A DNA stretch of 64,000 bases from an uncultured archaeon (GCA_964558645.1 CAZLEV010000013.1:1-64000); one strand, 5' to 3'. Shown: positions 19,365 through 29,135, counted from the first letter of the stretch. Made by a program: numbers and translations. Notes: generated by a model from the letters alone, not told the origin.

Positions 19365-19755
19365 AGCTGTGAATAAGGTCTTCAGCCTCGATGACTTCTG
19401 GTTCCGACTCTATTACTGGCTCACCTTCGATATTGGGCAAGAACTCAGGAAGACCTTCCTCTCCCTCTTCATCTCGAAGTGCAAGGAGATCATCAGACAC
19501 TCTCTGAGCAATTGCTCGCTTGGCTGCCTTGCCGGCGTCTGTGAATGGAACATATGCACCACCAGCAAACACAAGACCACACTTTCTGCATGTCCAAAGA
19601 CCGGCCGCCTTTCGCTTCAGGGCCTTTGTTGCACAGGCCGGGCAACGATTTGGCTCACGTCGCCTCAGGTCCAAGTCCAGTACTCTTCGACGCAATTTGG
19701 CGCCGTATCTAGCTCCGAAGCGTCCTGTGCTTCCAACTTTCTTCGTCCTTCCCAT
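19333..19755 (-). CDS. rpl37ae: 50S ribosomal protein L37Ae (eL43) with long acidic C-terminal extension
   Basis: MGRTKKVGSTGRFGARYG, CPAC, GLWTCRKC, AGGAY; ATG at 19755, 140 aa. Confidence 0.93.
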   Translation of the reverse strand: MGRTKKVGSTGRFGARYGAKLRRRVLDLDLRRREPNRCPACATKALKRKAAGLWTCRKCGLVFAGGAYVPFTDAGKAAKRAIAQRVSDDLLALRDEEGEEGLPEFLPNIEGEPVIESEPEVIEAEDLIHSFDESSEDEEE

Positions 19756-19918
19756 TGTTATCAGTATCCAGTAGTTGGTCATGCGACTCCAGTCAGTGAA
19801 CTTGATGGGGCCATCAGAGTCGATTTGTCGCCCATCGACTGTGCTTATTAGGCTATCTATCGATGAGTTGGGAATTGACTGAAACTCGGCACTGGACCAA
19901 GAATCAGTCCTCAACTGG

Positions 19919-20746
19919 TTAGTCCTTCTGCTTGGTTGCCTCAATGACTAGCTTTCGAAGATCCTTTGCACGTGCAAGGCCCATGTCCATGGCCTCTTCA
20001 ATCTGATCCACCGAGATAGGACCGACGCCACCGCCCTTCTGCAGAGCCGTGAAGCTGTCGTCATCATCGATTGCCATCGTAAGACGGCAGTCCTGTACCA
20101 TCTCCTCGCGGATGTGCGGGTCGATCACAATGTGATTCCCAATCTTTGAGGCGGTGCATTCTATTGCCATGTTCTTCAGAGGCACCTTCATTATCTTGCC
20201 TGTTTCAACAAGTTCGTCATCCTCAAGCTTAAGCTCGGGGAATCGAGTGTCAAGGAGTGCAGCATTTGCAGCCAGAGACGATGCGTCAATCAGATTGCCG
20301 TCGTACTCCAGCGTATACAAATCGCAGAAGACCATGTACACATGCTTGCCCTCTTCTATGCACAGCTGCTTTGTATCAACTGTTCCAGATTCTCTGACAC
20401 CTCTGTCAACCACTCTAGCTAGCTCGATGGCGTCCTCGCGGGGAGGACCACTCTCGAACATAGGAGAGGCTATAGGGGCAAGCTCTGCGGTCACCATAGT
20501 GACACCCTCATCCGGCGTGTCTGGATAGGGCTGTCCTGTTAGGACCTTGACCCCTGCAATGACGCTTGTGCCGCCCAATCTGGCAATTGCAGAACCCTCC
20601 GCCTTGGCCGCGACTGGACCGACTTCAATCTCAATATCACGATATTCGTCAAAGGCCCGATTGTCAATCCTCTCTCCATTATCTAGTAGGGTCTTGATAT
20701 AGTGCCGGTCAATGTGGCTTATTGTTTCTGAACTAAAATCTCCCAT
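19919..20746 (-). CDS. rrp42: Exosome complex component Rrp42
   Basis: RIDNR..DEYR, AEGSA, PYPDTPDEG, FESGPP, ELARVVDRG, DGNLIDA. Confidence 0.95.
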   Translation of the reverse strand: MGDFSSETISHIDRHYIKTLLDNGERIDNRAFDEYRDIEIEVGPVAAKAEGSAIARLGGTSVIAGVKVLTGQPYPDTPDEGVTMVTAELAPIASPMFESGPPREDAIELARVVDRGVRESGTVDTKQLCIEEGKHVYMVFCDLYTLEYDGNLIDASSLAANAALLDTRFPELKLEDDELVETGKIMKVPLKNMAIECTASKIGNHIVIDPHIREEMVQDCRLTMAIDDDDSFTALQKGGGVGPISVDQIEEAMDMGLARAKDLRKLVIEATKQKD

Positions 20747-20748
20747 TA

Positions 20749-21564
20749 CTAATCCTCCTCCTCAGGAAGGTCAGACTCCCCAAGATCCGTCTCAAGGTCG
20801 TCCTCGTATTCTTCGTCGTCTTCGTCATCATCCATAGGAGCCCGCTTTGCGTATGCTCGCTTGAGCGCCTCTTTCTGGAGTTCGTGAAGGTATTTGCAGG
20901 AGTTGACTCCCATGCGTATCGCCTCAATGAGCTCCTCCTTCTTGAAGGAACCATCTTGCTGAAGCAGTGTAATCTCTTCAGTGCGAGGGATTATCGCCAT
21001 CGGAATGTCGCCACCACCATACTTGTCTTCCATATCACCCAAGTCAACTACCAGCACATCGTCAGCTTTGCCAACTGCCACAGATGGTACAAGACTCCTC
21101 ATTGGAATCCCAGCATCCGCAAGCGCAAGTGATGCTGCATTGATAGAGGCACAGCGCGTACCTCCATCAGCTTGAATCACCTGTATGTAAACATCAACAA
21201 CGGCCTTCGGAAACTCCTCTAAGAATAGCGCAGGTTCCAGTGCGTTTGCAATGACCATTGAAATCTCGCGTTCGCGTCGAGAAGGCGCAGGACGCTTCCT
21301 ATCCGGAACAGAAAACGTCGCCATTCTGTATTCGCATCGTAGGTATGCTCTATCATTCAATGTCAAATGTCTCGGGTGCAGTTCACGGGGACCGTATACA
21401 GCTGCTAATATGTGCGTGTTCCCCTGCTTAATCATAGCCGAACCATCAGCCTTTTTCAGTACACCAACCTCAAGCTCTGTAGGCCTGATCTCATCGGGCC
21501 GTCGACCATCTAGTCGCAGACCTTCAGGGTTGATCAAAAAGTCCGGCTTCGTTTCAGGACTCAT
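20749..21564 (-). CDS. rrp41: Exosome complex exonuclease Rrp41
   Basis: RLDGR, ADGSA, YGPRE, YRMATFS, RREREIS, DGGTRCA, DL...ED. Confidence 0.96.
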   Translation of the reverse strand: MSPETKPDFLINPEGLRLDGRRPDEIRPTELEVGVLKKADGSAMIKQGNTHILAAVYGPRELHPRHLTLNDRAYLRCEYRMATFSVPDRKRPAPSRREREISMVIANALEPALFLEEFPKAVVDVYIQVIQADGGTRCASINAASLALADAGIPMRSLVPSVAVGKADDVLVVDLGDMEDKYGGGDIPMAIIPRTEEITLLQQDGSFKKEELIEAIRMGVNSCKYLHELQKEALKRAYAKRAPMDDDEDDEEYEDDLETDLGESDLPEEED

Positions 21565-22322
21565 TATTCTATCTCATCCTCCGATTCTTCATCTTTCTGG
21601 GTATCTTCATCTTCTTTATTCTCAGTATCCTTAGATCTTAGTTTCGCAAGCTCTTCCTTGAGCATGGCGTCGACACGATCGGTAAGCTTGGATGTGTGAG
21701 ACTGTTCCTCAATCATCTTGAATGCCTCAACTGCCAGCCGTGAACGTTCAATATCGGGAGCGTTTACCCAAATCCTCCCGTTCTGGCCCACTACTGTCTG
21801 TAGATTCAAATTGTCCTTAATCATGTTGATCATAGACCCTCGTCTACCGATTATCCTTGGTATCTTAGCTGGACTCACTCGCACTATCATACCGTCGTCC
21901 AGTTTTCTCAGACCTCTCCCCTTCATAGTGAGGAACGGCCCTGTTACTCTGTCAAAGGCGGACACCTCTGCAACGATGACGTCACCTATGTCCATATATT
22001 TCGAGATCGGCTCATCATAGGGCCGCCTCAGTGCATTGTTTGCATGTATTGATGCCTGATATGGCCCGCCTATGTTGACCTTCCAGTTGTTACCGGCTAC
22101 TATCTCGATTACACCGATAACTAGGTCGCCCTCGCGGGGGATATAGACTCCCTCAAGAGGTACAACCTTCACTGTGTTGCCTCGTAACTCTGCGAGACCC
22201 ACAAGGGCTGAATATATCTTGCCCTCTCTATCGTAGGTCCCTACTGAAGGTCTGTATCGGCCTTCTGCCAAGAGTTGACCTGGCACCACTACTTCCCTTT
22301 TTTGAAAGAAAATTCCTGCCAA
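21564..22322 (-). CDS. rrp4: Exosome RNA-binding subunit Rrp4
   Basis: VVPG, YIPREGDLVIG (S1), KH motif IPRIIGRRGSM, GQNGRIW. Confidence 0.95.
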   Translation of the reverse strand: MAGIFFQKREVVVPGQLLAEGRYRPSVGTYDREGKIYSALVGLAELRGNTVKVVPLEGVYIPREGDLVIGVIEIVAGNNWKVNIGGPYQASIHANNALRRPYDEPISKYMDIGDVIVAEVSAFDRVTGPFLTMKGRGLRKLDDGMIVRVSPAKIPRIIGRRGSMINMIKDNLNLQTVVGQNGRIWVNAPDIERSRLAVEAFKMIEEQSHTSKLTDRVDAMLKEELAKLRSKDTENKEDEDTQKDEESEDEIE

Positions 22323-22384
22323 ATGTATTGCCTCGTTATTTGAATTTGTGATCCTAATGTGTACAGCCTAATTGTACTGTGAAT

Positions 22385-23110
22385 TTATCGAACAACCTCG
22401 ATGCGTATCTGACCCTTTGTCAGCTTATTCAGGTCGTCATACAATTCTTGTCTTTGTGCCGCGGGTATCTCAACAAGCCCAGTCCAAGAACCATCGGGGT
22501 TCCATTCCTCGGACTTGATAACACCGGTATTTGCGACCATGTTGTATCCCTTTCCAGTGTAGGCCGCCGGTAACTGGATTCGCAGCTTCACGCTCTCAAA
22601 GGAGATCGGAATGACCACACGTATCGCTTTCACAACCTGTGGAACCTGTTCCTCCGCACTCACCCACGCGTTGACACTCACCTTGGCCTCCTCCATAGCC
22701 TGACGAATACGGTCAGGGGGGTGGGGATGCCCAGTCTGAGGATTCATCGCACGTTTGGAAATATTCTCAATAATCTCCTCAGTCTTCTCCTCAATGAGTT
22801 GTTTTCTCTGCTCGTGAGTTAGCTTGAACTCTCCGTACTTGATGATTTCAGGTGCAATCTCAAACACCTCAGTAGTACCGAACGTGTCTTCGACCAAATC
22901 CGCCGAGGCATGTTCGCCTCGTCTTGCATCCTCATAGATATCATAACTCTTGAGAATAGATTCGAGAGAAACGTCTTCACCACGTCTATAGCTGAAAGCA
23001 AGATCCGCATCAACGAACAACTCGAATCGGAGGTGTCCCTTCTGAATGCCTACAACAACAGCATCCAGATCAAGCCATTTCTCACCTGTTTTCTTACCTG
23101 ATCCCATCAT
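22385..23110 (-). CDS. Ribosome maturation factor SBDS/Sdo1
   Basis: RFELFV, DARRG, FGT, NPQTGHPHPPDRI..AMEEA. Confidence 0.95.
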   Translation of the reverse strand: MMGSGKKTGEKWLDLDAVVVGIQKGHLRFELFVDADLAFSYRRGEDVSLESILKSYDIYEDARRGEHASADLVEDTFGTTEVFEIAPEIIKYGEFKLTHEQRKQLIEEKTEEIIENISKRAMNPQTGHPHPPDRIRQAMEEAKVSVNAWVSAEEQVPQVVKAIRVVIPISFESVKLRIQLPAAYTGKGYNMVANTGVIKSEEWNPDGSWTGLVEIPAAQRQELYDDLNKLTKGQIRIEVVR

Positions 23111-23135
23111 AGTTCCAGCTCAACTCCTCGAGTAT

Positions 23136-23861
23136 CTATTCAGACTCCGATTCTAGTATGTCCTCGATTTCCTTGTTGTCAAGTTTTCGAAACTCACGAT
23201 TCTCAACAGGAATGACAACAATCTCGACATTATCTGCTGTGAGCTCCGAGTCACTTGCCGCTTTCAATGCATTGAGCGCCAGCTGGATTGCTTTATCTAT
23301 TGGAGTCTTACGTTTGTAGTTCTTCTCTAGATACTCACCTGCTGCTGAACTGCCCCGTCCGATGACCGCAGCTAGATATCCCCAAGAGGTGCCCACAGGG
23401 TCCGTGACGAACAGTCGTGGAGAATCATCAGAGTCAACTGAGCCAATTATCATGGCTACGCCGTAGGGTCGTGCCCCACCACCCTGGGTGAACTTCGCCT
23501 TTATGTCACAGATATGATCTGCTAGAGCCTCTGCAGGAATCTCCTCCTCGTAAGTGAGCCAGTACGACTGAGCCTTAACACGGGCCTCCTGAAGGAGACG
23601 CCTTGCATCAGCCATGAACCCCGAGGTCGCCACACCGATGTGATCATCAATCTTGGAGATCTTCTCTACACTGTCCGGTTCTTGAAGAGGCATGACTCGC
23701 TTCTCTGCAAGCAAGACGATACCCTCATCAACAAGGACCCCTATAGATGTGGCTCCCTGCTCTACAGCTTTCTTTGCGTATTCTGCGGCGAATATGCGTC
23801 CTTCAGGGCTGAAGATGCTAGTTGACATATCATATCCCTGGCCGCCCGAAATTCCAAACAT
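23136..23861 (-). CDS. psmA: Proteasome alpha subunit
   Basis: GYD....FSPEGR..EYA, EKISKIDDHI, RPYGV, TDP.G. Confidence 0.93.
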   Translation of the reverse strand: MFGISGGQGYDMSTSIFSPEGRIFAAEYAKKAVEQGATSIGVLVDEGIVLLAEKRVMPLQEPDSVEKISKIDDHIGVATSGFMADARRLLQEARVKAQSYWLTYEEEIPAEALADHICDIKAKFTQGGGARPYGVAMIIGSVDSDDSPRLFVTDPVGTSWGYLAAVIGRGSSAAGEYLEKNYKRKTPIDKAIQLALNALKAASDSELTADNVEIVVIPVENREFRKLDNKEIEDILESESE

Positions 23862-24080
23862 AGTCGTTCCTCCAAGGTCTCTTGTGACAGTCCGGAAGAC
23901 AGGATATTGGTTATTGAACTAATCTGTCAATTCAGGAATGACGATATAGACCGGTATTGGTATTTGTGCCTGCAGCTCTTTGGCTGACCAAGCTCAATTC
24001 GCTAAGCTCTGCAGTAGCCACATAAAGCTTCTGGTATTGATGAATTCTTGTCTGAGATGGATGAAAAGAACCTCTATGGT

Positions 24081-24491
24081 CTACTCTTGCAACAGGTACA
24101 GGTACACTATGAAAGCAAGGCAGAATACAATGGTTGCACCCATGACACCTGCGCCAAACATCGCGTAAGATAATACACCGGTGACAATGAGCACAAGTGC
24201 AACTTCAGCCCAGCCTGCTCTAACCTTTGTCATGAATAGTCTGAGATTGACAATCGTGACTGTCGTGAAGAAGAAGAAGAAAGCCATGAAGACAATCTCA
24301 AGGACATAGGTGATGTACGGGTTGATGTTGTTTATCGTTCCCACAATCGTCTGATTAATGATATCTGGTGACGACCAAGCCCAGAAGGCAATAGCCAAAA
24401 TGAGAGGCACCACCGCAAAGATGATGGTGATAACACTAGAGCGTACAATCTCGCTTCTGTCGGGTATTCTGTCACTCATTATCGCTCTCAC
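24081..24491 (-). CDS. Hypothetical 4-TM membrane protein
   Basis: Hydrophobic segments throughout; start perhaps 24479. Confidence 0.7.
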   Translation of the reverse strand: MRAIMSDRIPDRSEIVRSSVITIIFAVVPLILAIAFWAWSSPDIINQTIVGTINNINPYITYVLEIVFMAFFFFFTTVTIVNLRLFMTKVRAGWAEVALVLIVTGVLSYAMFGAGVMGATIVFCLAFIVYLYLLQE

Positions 24492-24552
24492 CGAACTTAG
24501 GTCGGCAAATCTAAGTACCTTACTTAAAGATACCGACAGACCGATTCGCGTA

Positions 24553-25746
24553 TCAGACCTCGGAGGCCATCTGCGGACTAGGATTGGGTAGCTTCAGTAT
24601 CAACAGCGACGCAACTAGATTCGCCACTGTCTTGAAGTAAAATGGAACGGAAGCACCAAGCATTACCATACATCCCGTCAGTATTGGGCCCAAGAACAGA
24701 ACACTACCCTTCACAGACGAGAACCAACCCATCCAAGTCGCGCACTGGGAACTGGAATAGTGATCGGATATCAATACAGGCGGCACCGACGTATCCACTG
24801 TATCAAGAGAGACCCATATGCAGTATAGAACCAGCAGTTGCAGCTCATCAGGGGCTATTCCAAACAAGAGTACAACCACGGAGAGTAGCAGCCAAGCAGG
24901 AACAAGAGCTGTGCGTCCGCCATATCTATCAACGAGGTAACCAGATAGAAGACTGAAGAGAGAGATTACAAGAGTAGAAACCGAAACTAAGAGCCCGTAG
25001 AATACCACGCCTAGGTCCTTCAGATAGACTGGAATGTACCAAGATAAGCCATTTGACGAAATGCCATCAAGGATGAATGCCACAGCAAGAATTCCGATGA
25101 ATGCGTCGGGTCGTATTAGCTCCAGTCCTTTGCGATGCTGGCTGGATGACGAAGTCTCCAGAGTTTCACTTGTACCCGCGGCTAGAATCAATGATGCGAT
25201 CACAAAACCAATCAGGCCAGCTCCTACAAGCAACTCAAACTGGCCACGTTCGTAGCAGAATGAACCTAATAGGACCGTCAAGGCAGGAGGAATTGAGGGC
25301 ACAACTCGCTCAGCCACCATGTAGTTGCGTCCCTTCGTTCTGTGTTCGCTGCTCTCCATAAGAAGCATTGCTGTAGCAGGGCCGCGAAGGCCACTCCCTG
25401 AATAGAGGATGAGATACCCGGCACTGGCTACGACAGAACCAAAGGATGAATGAATATCTTGGCATACAGAGAGCAGGATAACGGCAATGCCGCAGCAACT
25501 GATGCTCCTACCAAGTATCATAACTCCTTTTCGTCCATATTTGTCAGCCAAACCGCCTCCAATGAACTGAGAGACAGCCATTACAAGAGATGAAATCCCA
25601 AACAGGATTCCAATCGAGGTCAGGTTCATCCCGATACTCAAGAGATAGAGGGGGATGAACATAATCCAGAAACCATTTACTGTCACCGCAAGTGTGTTGC
25701 TAGCAGTCACAGTCACGACATTTTGCCGCCGCACACCAATGTCCAT
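24553..25746 (-). CDS. MFS transporter
   Basis: Motif A twice (GGLADKYGRK, GYLVDRYGGR); ~12 TMs. Confidence 0.9.
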   Translation of the reverse strand: MDIGVRRQNVVTVTASNTLAVTVNGFWIMFIPLYLLSIGMNLTSIGILFGISSLVMAVSQFIGGGLADKYGRKGVMILGRSISCCGIAVILLSVCQDIHSSFGSVVASAGYLILYSGSGLRGPATAMLLMESSEHRTKGRNYMVAERVVPSIPPALTVLLGSFCYERGQFELLVGAGLIGFVIASLILAAGTSETLETSSSSQHRKGLELIRPDAFIGILAVAFILDGISSNGLSWYIPVYLKDLGVVFYGLLVSVSTLVISLFSLLSGYLVDRYGGRTALVPAWLLLSVVVLLFGIAPDELQLLVLYCIWVSLDTVDTSVPPVLISDHYSSSQCATWMGWFSSVKGSVLFLGPILTGCMVMLGASVPFYFKTVANLVASLLILKLPNPSPQMASEV

Positions 25747-25767
25747 GCACTACACTTAGCCGTAAAA

Positions 25768-25781
25768 TACATAAATATGTA
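25768..25781. promoter_or_regulatory. Inverted repeat TACATA-AA-TATGTA in the divergent MFS/ArsR promoter region (putative operator)
   Basis: Perfect 6-2-6 palindrome in the 62-bp divergent intergenic region. Confidence 0.4.
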
Positions 25782-25808
25782 ACTACAGGAAGATATAGGA
25801 GATCTAAG

Positions 25809-26339
25809 ATGAATGAAGGATTCAACATAGATCGTGAAGTGGAGGTCCTTCGAAACCTCATGCGCGAAGTGAAACAAGACCTAGATGAGCTGAAGAAACA
25901 GCAAACAACACCTAAGACTGAAACACAAGTCACACCGAAGGGAGCATCGCGTTTGGAAGAAAAACTCACACAAGAATTCGACCACAGAGTAAGAACCATG
26001 ATTGGAAGGATGTCAGGCAAGGTAGTTCCAAGCTTTGATGTCGAAGCGGTACCTGCCAGTAAGATTGCCGATCTGGTAACACCTCTTGCAAATGCTGATA
26101 GAATCAGGATTGTAAGAGCCCTCATTGACAAACCAATGACATTCACAGAGATAGAAGACTTGATTGGCAAGAGAGGTGGTGCACTCAAGCATCATCTTGA
26201 TCAGCTGATACAGGAACGATATGTTGTAAGAGAGAGCGTACGGGGGCGATATCTTGCAACAGTGCGAGGAAACCTAGCTCAACGACTGCTTGGCTGGTTT
26301 GCTGGCCATGTCTTGGAGAAGAATGATGCAGAGAATTAA
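25809..26339 (+). CDS. ArsR-family wHTH regulator with N-terminal coiled coil
   Basis: LANADRIRIVRAL...MTFTEI...GGALKHHLDQL...RGRY. Confidence 0.8.
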   Translation: MNEGFNIDREVEVLRNLMREVKQDLDELKKQQTTPKTETQVTPKGASRLEEKLTQEFDHRVRTMIGRMSGKVVPSFDVEAVPASKIADLVTPLANADRIRIVRALIDKPMTFTEIEDLIGKRGGALKHHLDQLIQERYVVRESVRGRYLATVRGNLAQRLLGWFAGHVLEKNDAEN

Positions 26340-26988
26340 CCAGAGCCATGGGATCAGTCTTGCCATCACTCGACGACCCATTGACATCATCTCATCGGAG
26401 AGAGCGGTTCTATCAGTAAGTGGAAGATCGCTTTGGAAGAAGTTGTCTGAAGAACTGACCCACAGAAGGCCTATACTCCTATTGGATGGAAGAATCATGC
26501 TCCTAGTGGATTCCATAGTGAGAACTGAGCTCGGAGCGGTTGGACTCGCTCAGGAGATCATCTTGCAACCTCCAGTCTTGTGTGTCCTCAATGACGAGCT
26601 ATTGCTAGACGTGTCTAGACCTCCCGACCTCAGTGACCTGCGAATTCGTGGTGTTCAGTGTGTAGAAGATATCGAACAGAAGGTAAAGGAGTATCTTCAA
26701 GAACCACAAATGAGTACAGCCCATCGGTACTTGAGATCCTTAGAGAAAGACCGGATTGACCTTGCCCTCTTCGGCACTAGTAACAGCACTAAACAAGTTA
26801 GTCTCATTAGCAGTGATGATTATGTGAGGTTCGTAACCACGAACTTGGTGTTTGAAACAAGCCTGAATCACGACCTCATTTTCGATGAAACAAGCTCACT
26901 ATTTCGCGATAGGACTATTGGATTACTTGTCAACGAGCTTGGTTCATTCATCTTGAGAGGGAAGGATACCGAAGCGGTCAACTGCTAG
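26323..26988 (+). CDS. Hypothetical protein
   Basis: Long ORF overlapping the ArsR gene; no motif recognised; start uncertain. Confidence 0.5.
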   Translation: MMQRINQSHGISLAITRRPIDIISSERAVLSVSGRSLWKKLSEELTHRRPILLLDGRIMLLVDSIVRTELGAVGLAQEIILQPPVLCVLNDELLLDVSRPPDLSDLRIRGVQCVEDIEQKVKEYLQEPQMSTAHRYLRSLEKDRIDLALFGTSNSTKQVSLISSDDYVRFVTTNLVFETSLNHDLIFDETSSLFRDRTIGLLVNELGSFILRGKDTEAVNC

Positions 26989-27946
26989 TCGTCTTATTGT
27001 CGTGAGACGAACCTGCAGTCGCGATGTTATTGCCTTCTGAAAGAAATCTATCTATCATGGGATGCTTCATCTTTGTTTCTCTGGATACGCGGATTTTCTC
27101 CCGATGGCGCTTCACCTGCATGGCAACGATATATGACATTGCGGCTAGAATCCCGGCAATCGCACTTGGTGACGCTCTGAATGCAAACGAGGAAACAATC
27201 CCGACTAGCTCCGAAACAAGAGCCACTGCGAAGACTCCGAGCACAACACCCCTAACCGAGTGGAGGAGCTCATTTGCTGCTGCCGCCGGAGCAACAAGAA
27301 TCGCATAGACGAGAATCGCCCCAACCGCCTTTGTGGCTAGGGCAATTGCGAGAGCAGATGTGATCAGCATGAGATAGTGATATGCCCGTGCATTCATCCC
27401 GTGGGCCAATGAACCCTCCATATCCACACTGACATAGATGAACTCCTTGTTGAAGACCGCCGTGATGACAACTAAAACCAGTGCTGTGAGAGCAAGCATC
27501 ACCACGTCAAAGTTATTCAGTAGCAGAATATCGCCGATGAGATAGCCCCAGATTTGAGGGACCTGGGTCGGGGGGATATAGTACATCAAAAAGACCGCGA
27601 TGCTCATAGAGAGGGCGAATGATACACCCACGGCAACCTCCATCTTCTGTGCAATACCTGATTCTCCAGCATGTCCAGTAACAAGAGCGACAAATACTGC
27701 GAAAGACAGGGCGCCCAGAATCGGATCAAACCATGGGACGAGTCCGCTCTCTTGAAGGAAAAGACCCAGCGCAGCTCCCCCTAATGCTGCATGTGCAACT
27801 CCCGCCGTCATAAAGGAGAGACCTCTGAATACAAGAAACGTCCCACTAGCCGATGCCACTAGGGCAACTAGAACAGCACCAATCAGAGCACGCTGCAAGA
27901 AGGGCGTAGTCAATATGATTTCAATTATCTCAAGCATGTCTGTCAA
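26978..27946 (-). CDS. Metal ABC transporter permease (ZnuB/TroCD family)
   Basis: FLQRAL, GVAHAALGG, YLIGDIL, KAVGAIL. Confidence 0.9.
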   Translation of the reverse strand: MTDMLEIIEIILTTPFLQRALIGAVLVALVASASGTFLVFRGLSFMTAGVAHAALGGAALGLFLQESGLVPWFDPILGALSFAVFVALVTGHAGESGIAQKMEVAVGVSFALSMSIAVFLMYYIPPTQVPQIWGYLIGDILLLNNFDVVMLALTALVLVVITAVFNKEFIYVSVDMEGSLAHGMNARAYHYLMLITSALAIALATKAVGAILVYAILVAPAAAANELLHSVRGVVLGVFAVALVSELVGIVSSFAFRASPSAIAGILAAMSYIVAMQVKRHREKIRVSRETKMKHPMIDRFLSEGNNIATAGSSHDNKTTSS

Positions 27947-28736
27947 CTCCCGAGTCTCTCGTCACACAATAGCGATGGCCTGCATATTCCACAACTCGCG
28001 CATCTGGACCATACACCTTCTGAAGAAGCTCCGGATCCATGATCGAACATGGAGTGCCAACCCCTATCACAGTGTTCTGTAGCAGAAGAACATCTTGCAC
28101 CAAGGTATGTATCGGATTCAGGTCGTGGGTCACCATGATAACGCTCACGTCGTTCTCCTCATGGTAAGCCTTGAGAGCTTCCACAATCATATTTTGGCTC
28201 TCCACGTCAGTCCCCGCGAGAGGCTCATCAAGCAGTAGAAGTTTGCCTTCACTGGCAAGCGCTCTGGCAACAAGGACACGCTGACGTTGCCCTCCGGAGA
28301 GCTGGGGAAATGGCCTCTCCCAGAGCTTCTCCATATTCACCTTCTCTAGTGCGTTCATTGAAATCTTCTTGTCCGTCGAAGAAGCTATGCGAGGGGGGCT
28401 CTTCTTCAGAAGTCGGCCCATCAAGACGATATCAACGACTCTCATCGGGATGTTAACATCGATGCGATCTCTTTGGGGTAAGTAGCGGACTCTTTTCCGA
28501 ATTTCACCAGGTTCTTCCACAGAGTCAAATCCAAATAATCCGATGCGACCACGAAATGGTTTGAGTAGGCCAAGAGCTGTCTTTACCAGCGTGCTCTTCC
28601 CGGATCCATTGGGGCCGATGACAGCAACAAAGCTTGGTTCTTGGATTTGAAATGTGACATCGTGAAGGGCAACCTCGCCATTTGGGTATTTGACCCAGAG
28701 GTTATCTGACTCGAACAGAACACGATTCTCACGCAA
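27930..28736 (-). CDS. Metal ABC transporter ATPase (ZnuC-like)
   Basis: GPNGSGKST, YLPQ, LSGGQRQR, LDEP, THDL. Confidence 0.9.
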   Translation of the reverse strand: MRENRVLFESDNLWVKYPNGEVALHDVTFQIQEPSFVAVIGPNGSGKSTLVKTALGLLKPFRGRIGLFGFDSVEEPGEIRKRVRYLPQRDRIDVNIPMRVVDIVLMGRLLKKSPPRIASSTDKKISMNALEKVNMEKLWERPFPQLSGGQRQRVLVARALASEGKLLLLDEPLAGTDVESQNMIVEALKAYHEENDVSVIMVTHDLNPIHTLVQDVLLLQNTVIGVGTPCSIMDPELLQKVYGPDARVVEYAGHRYCVTRDSGVDRHA

Positions 28737-28742
28737 CTATTG

Positions 28743-29135
28743 TCAGCTCCCAAGGACTGTAATCTGTATCTGGTCTACATGCCTCTGACTACGAAGGTTC
28801 TTGACAAACTCTCTGACTTTTTCAGCAGACCCCTTGGTCATCAAGACATCGACACAACGGCCGTCTGACGCATGAGAATGCATCAGTGCAGTAATGAGAC
28901 TGCTGTAGGCATGTTGCACGCGATTACATACAGCATCCTTGCCCGCCGAGGCATAGCTCACTGTCATTACTATGCTAATCTCCCCCGCGAGTTGCTCAAG
29001 CTCTCTGTGTTCTGCCAAGAGAGACCTTATCGCATGCCGAACAACATCAGACCTGCTGGAGAATTCTCCTTCTGACTGGAGGTCTTCTAGGTCTTCCAAA
29101 TCAGAATCAGACATTGATACTGCTACTATAGGCAA
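28743..29135 (-). CDS. NikR-family ribbon-helix-helix metalloregulator
   Basis: N-terminal RHH (IVAVSM...SRSDVVRHAIR); QH...MHSH.....C metal-site residues. Confidence 0.85.
   Translation of the reverse strand: MPIVAVSMSDSDLEDLEDLQSEGEFSSRSDVVRHAIRSLLAEHRELEQLAGEISIVMTVSYASAGKDAVCNRVQHAYSSLITALMHSHASDGRCVDVLMTKGSAEKVREFVKNLRSQRHVDQIQITVLGS

Noticed and set aside
19756-19944. 63-aa N-terminal extension of eL43 in the ORF track
   Set aside because: The canonical MGRTKKVG start is at 19755; the upstream part overlaps rrp42 and lacks support
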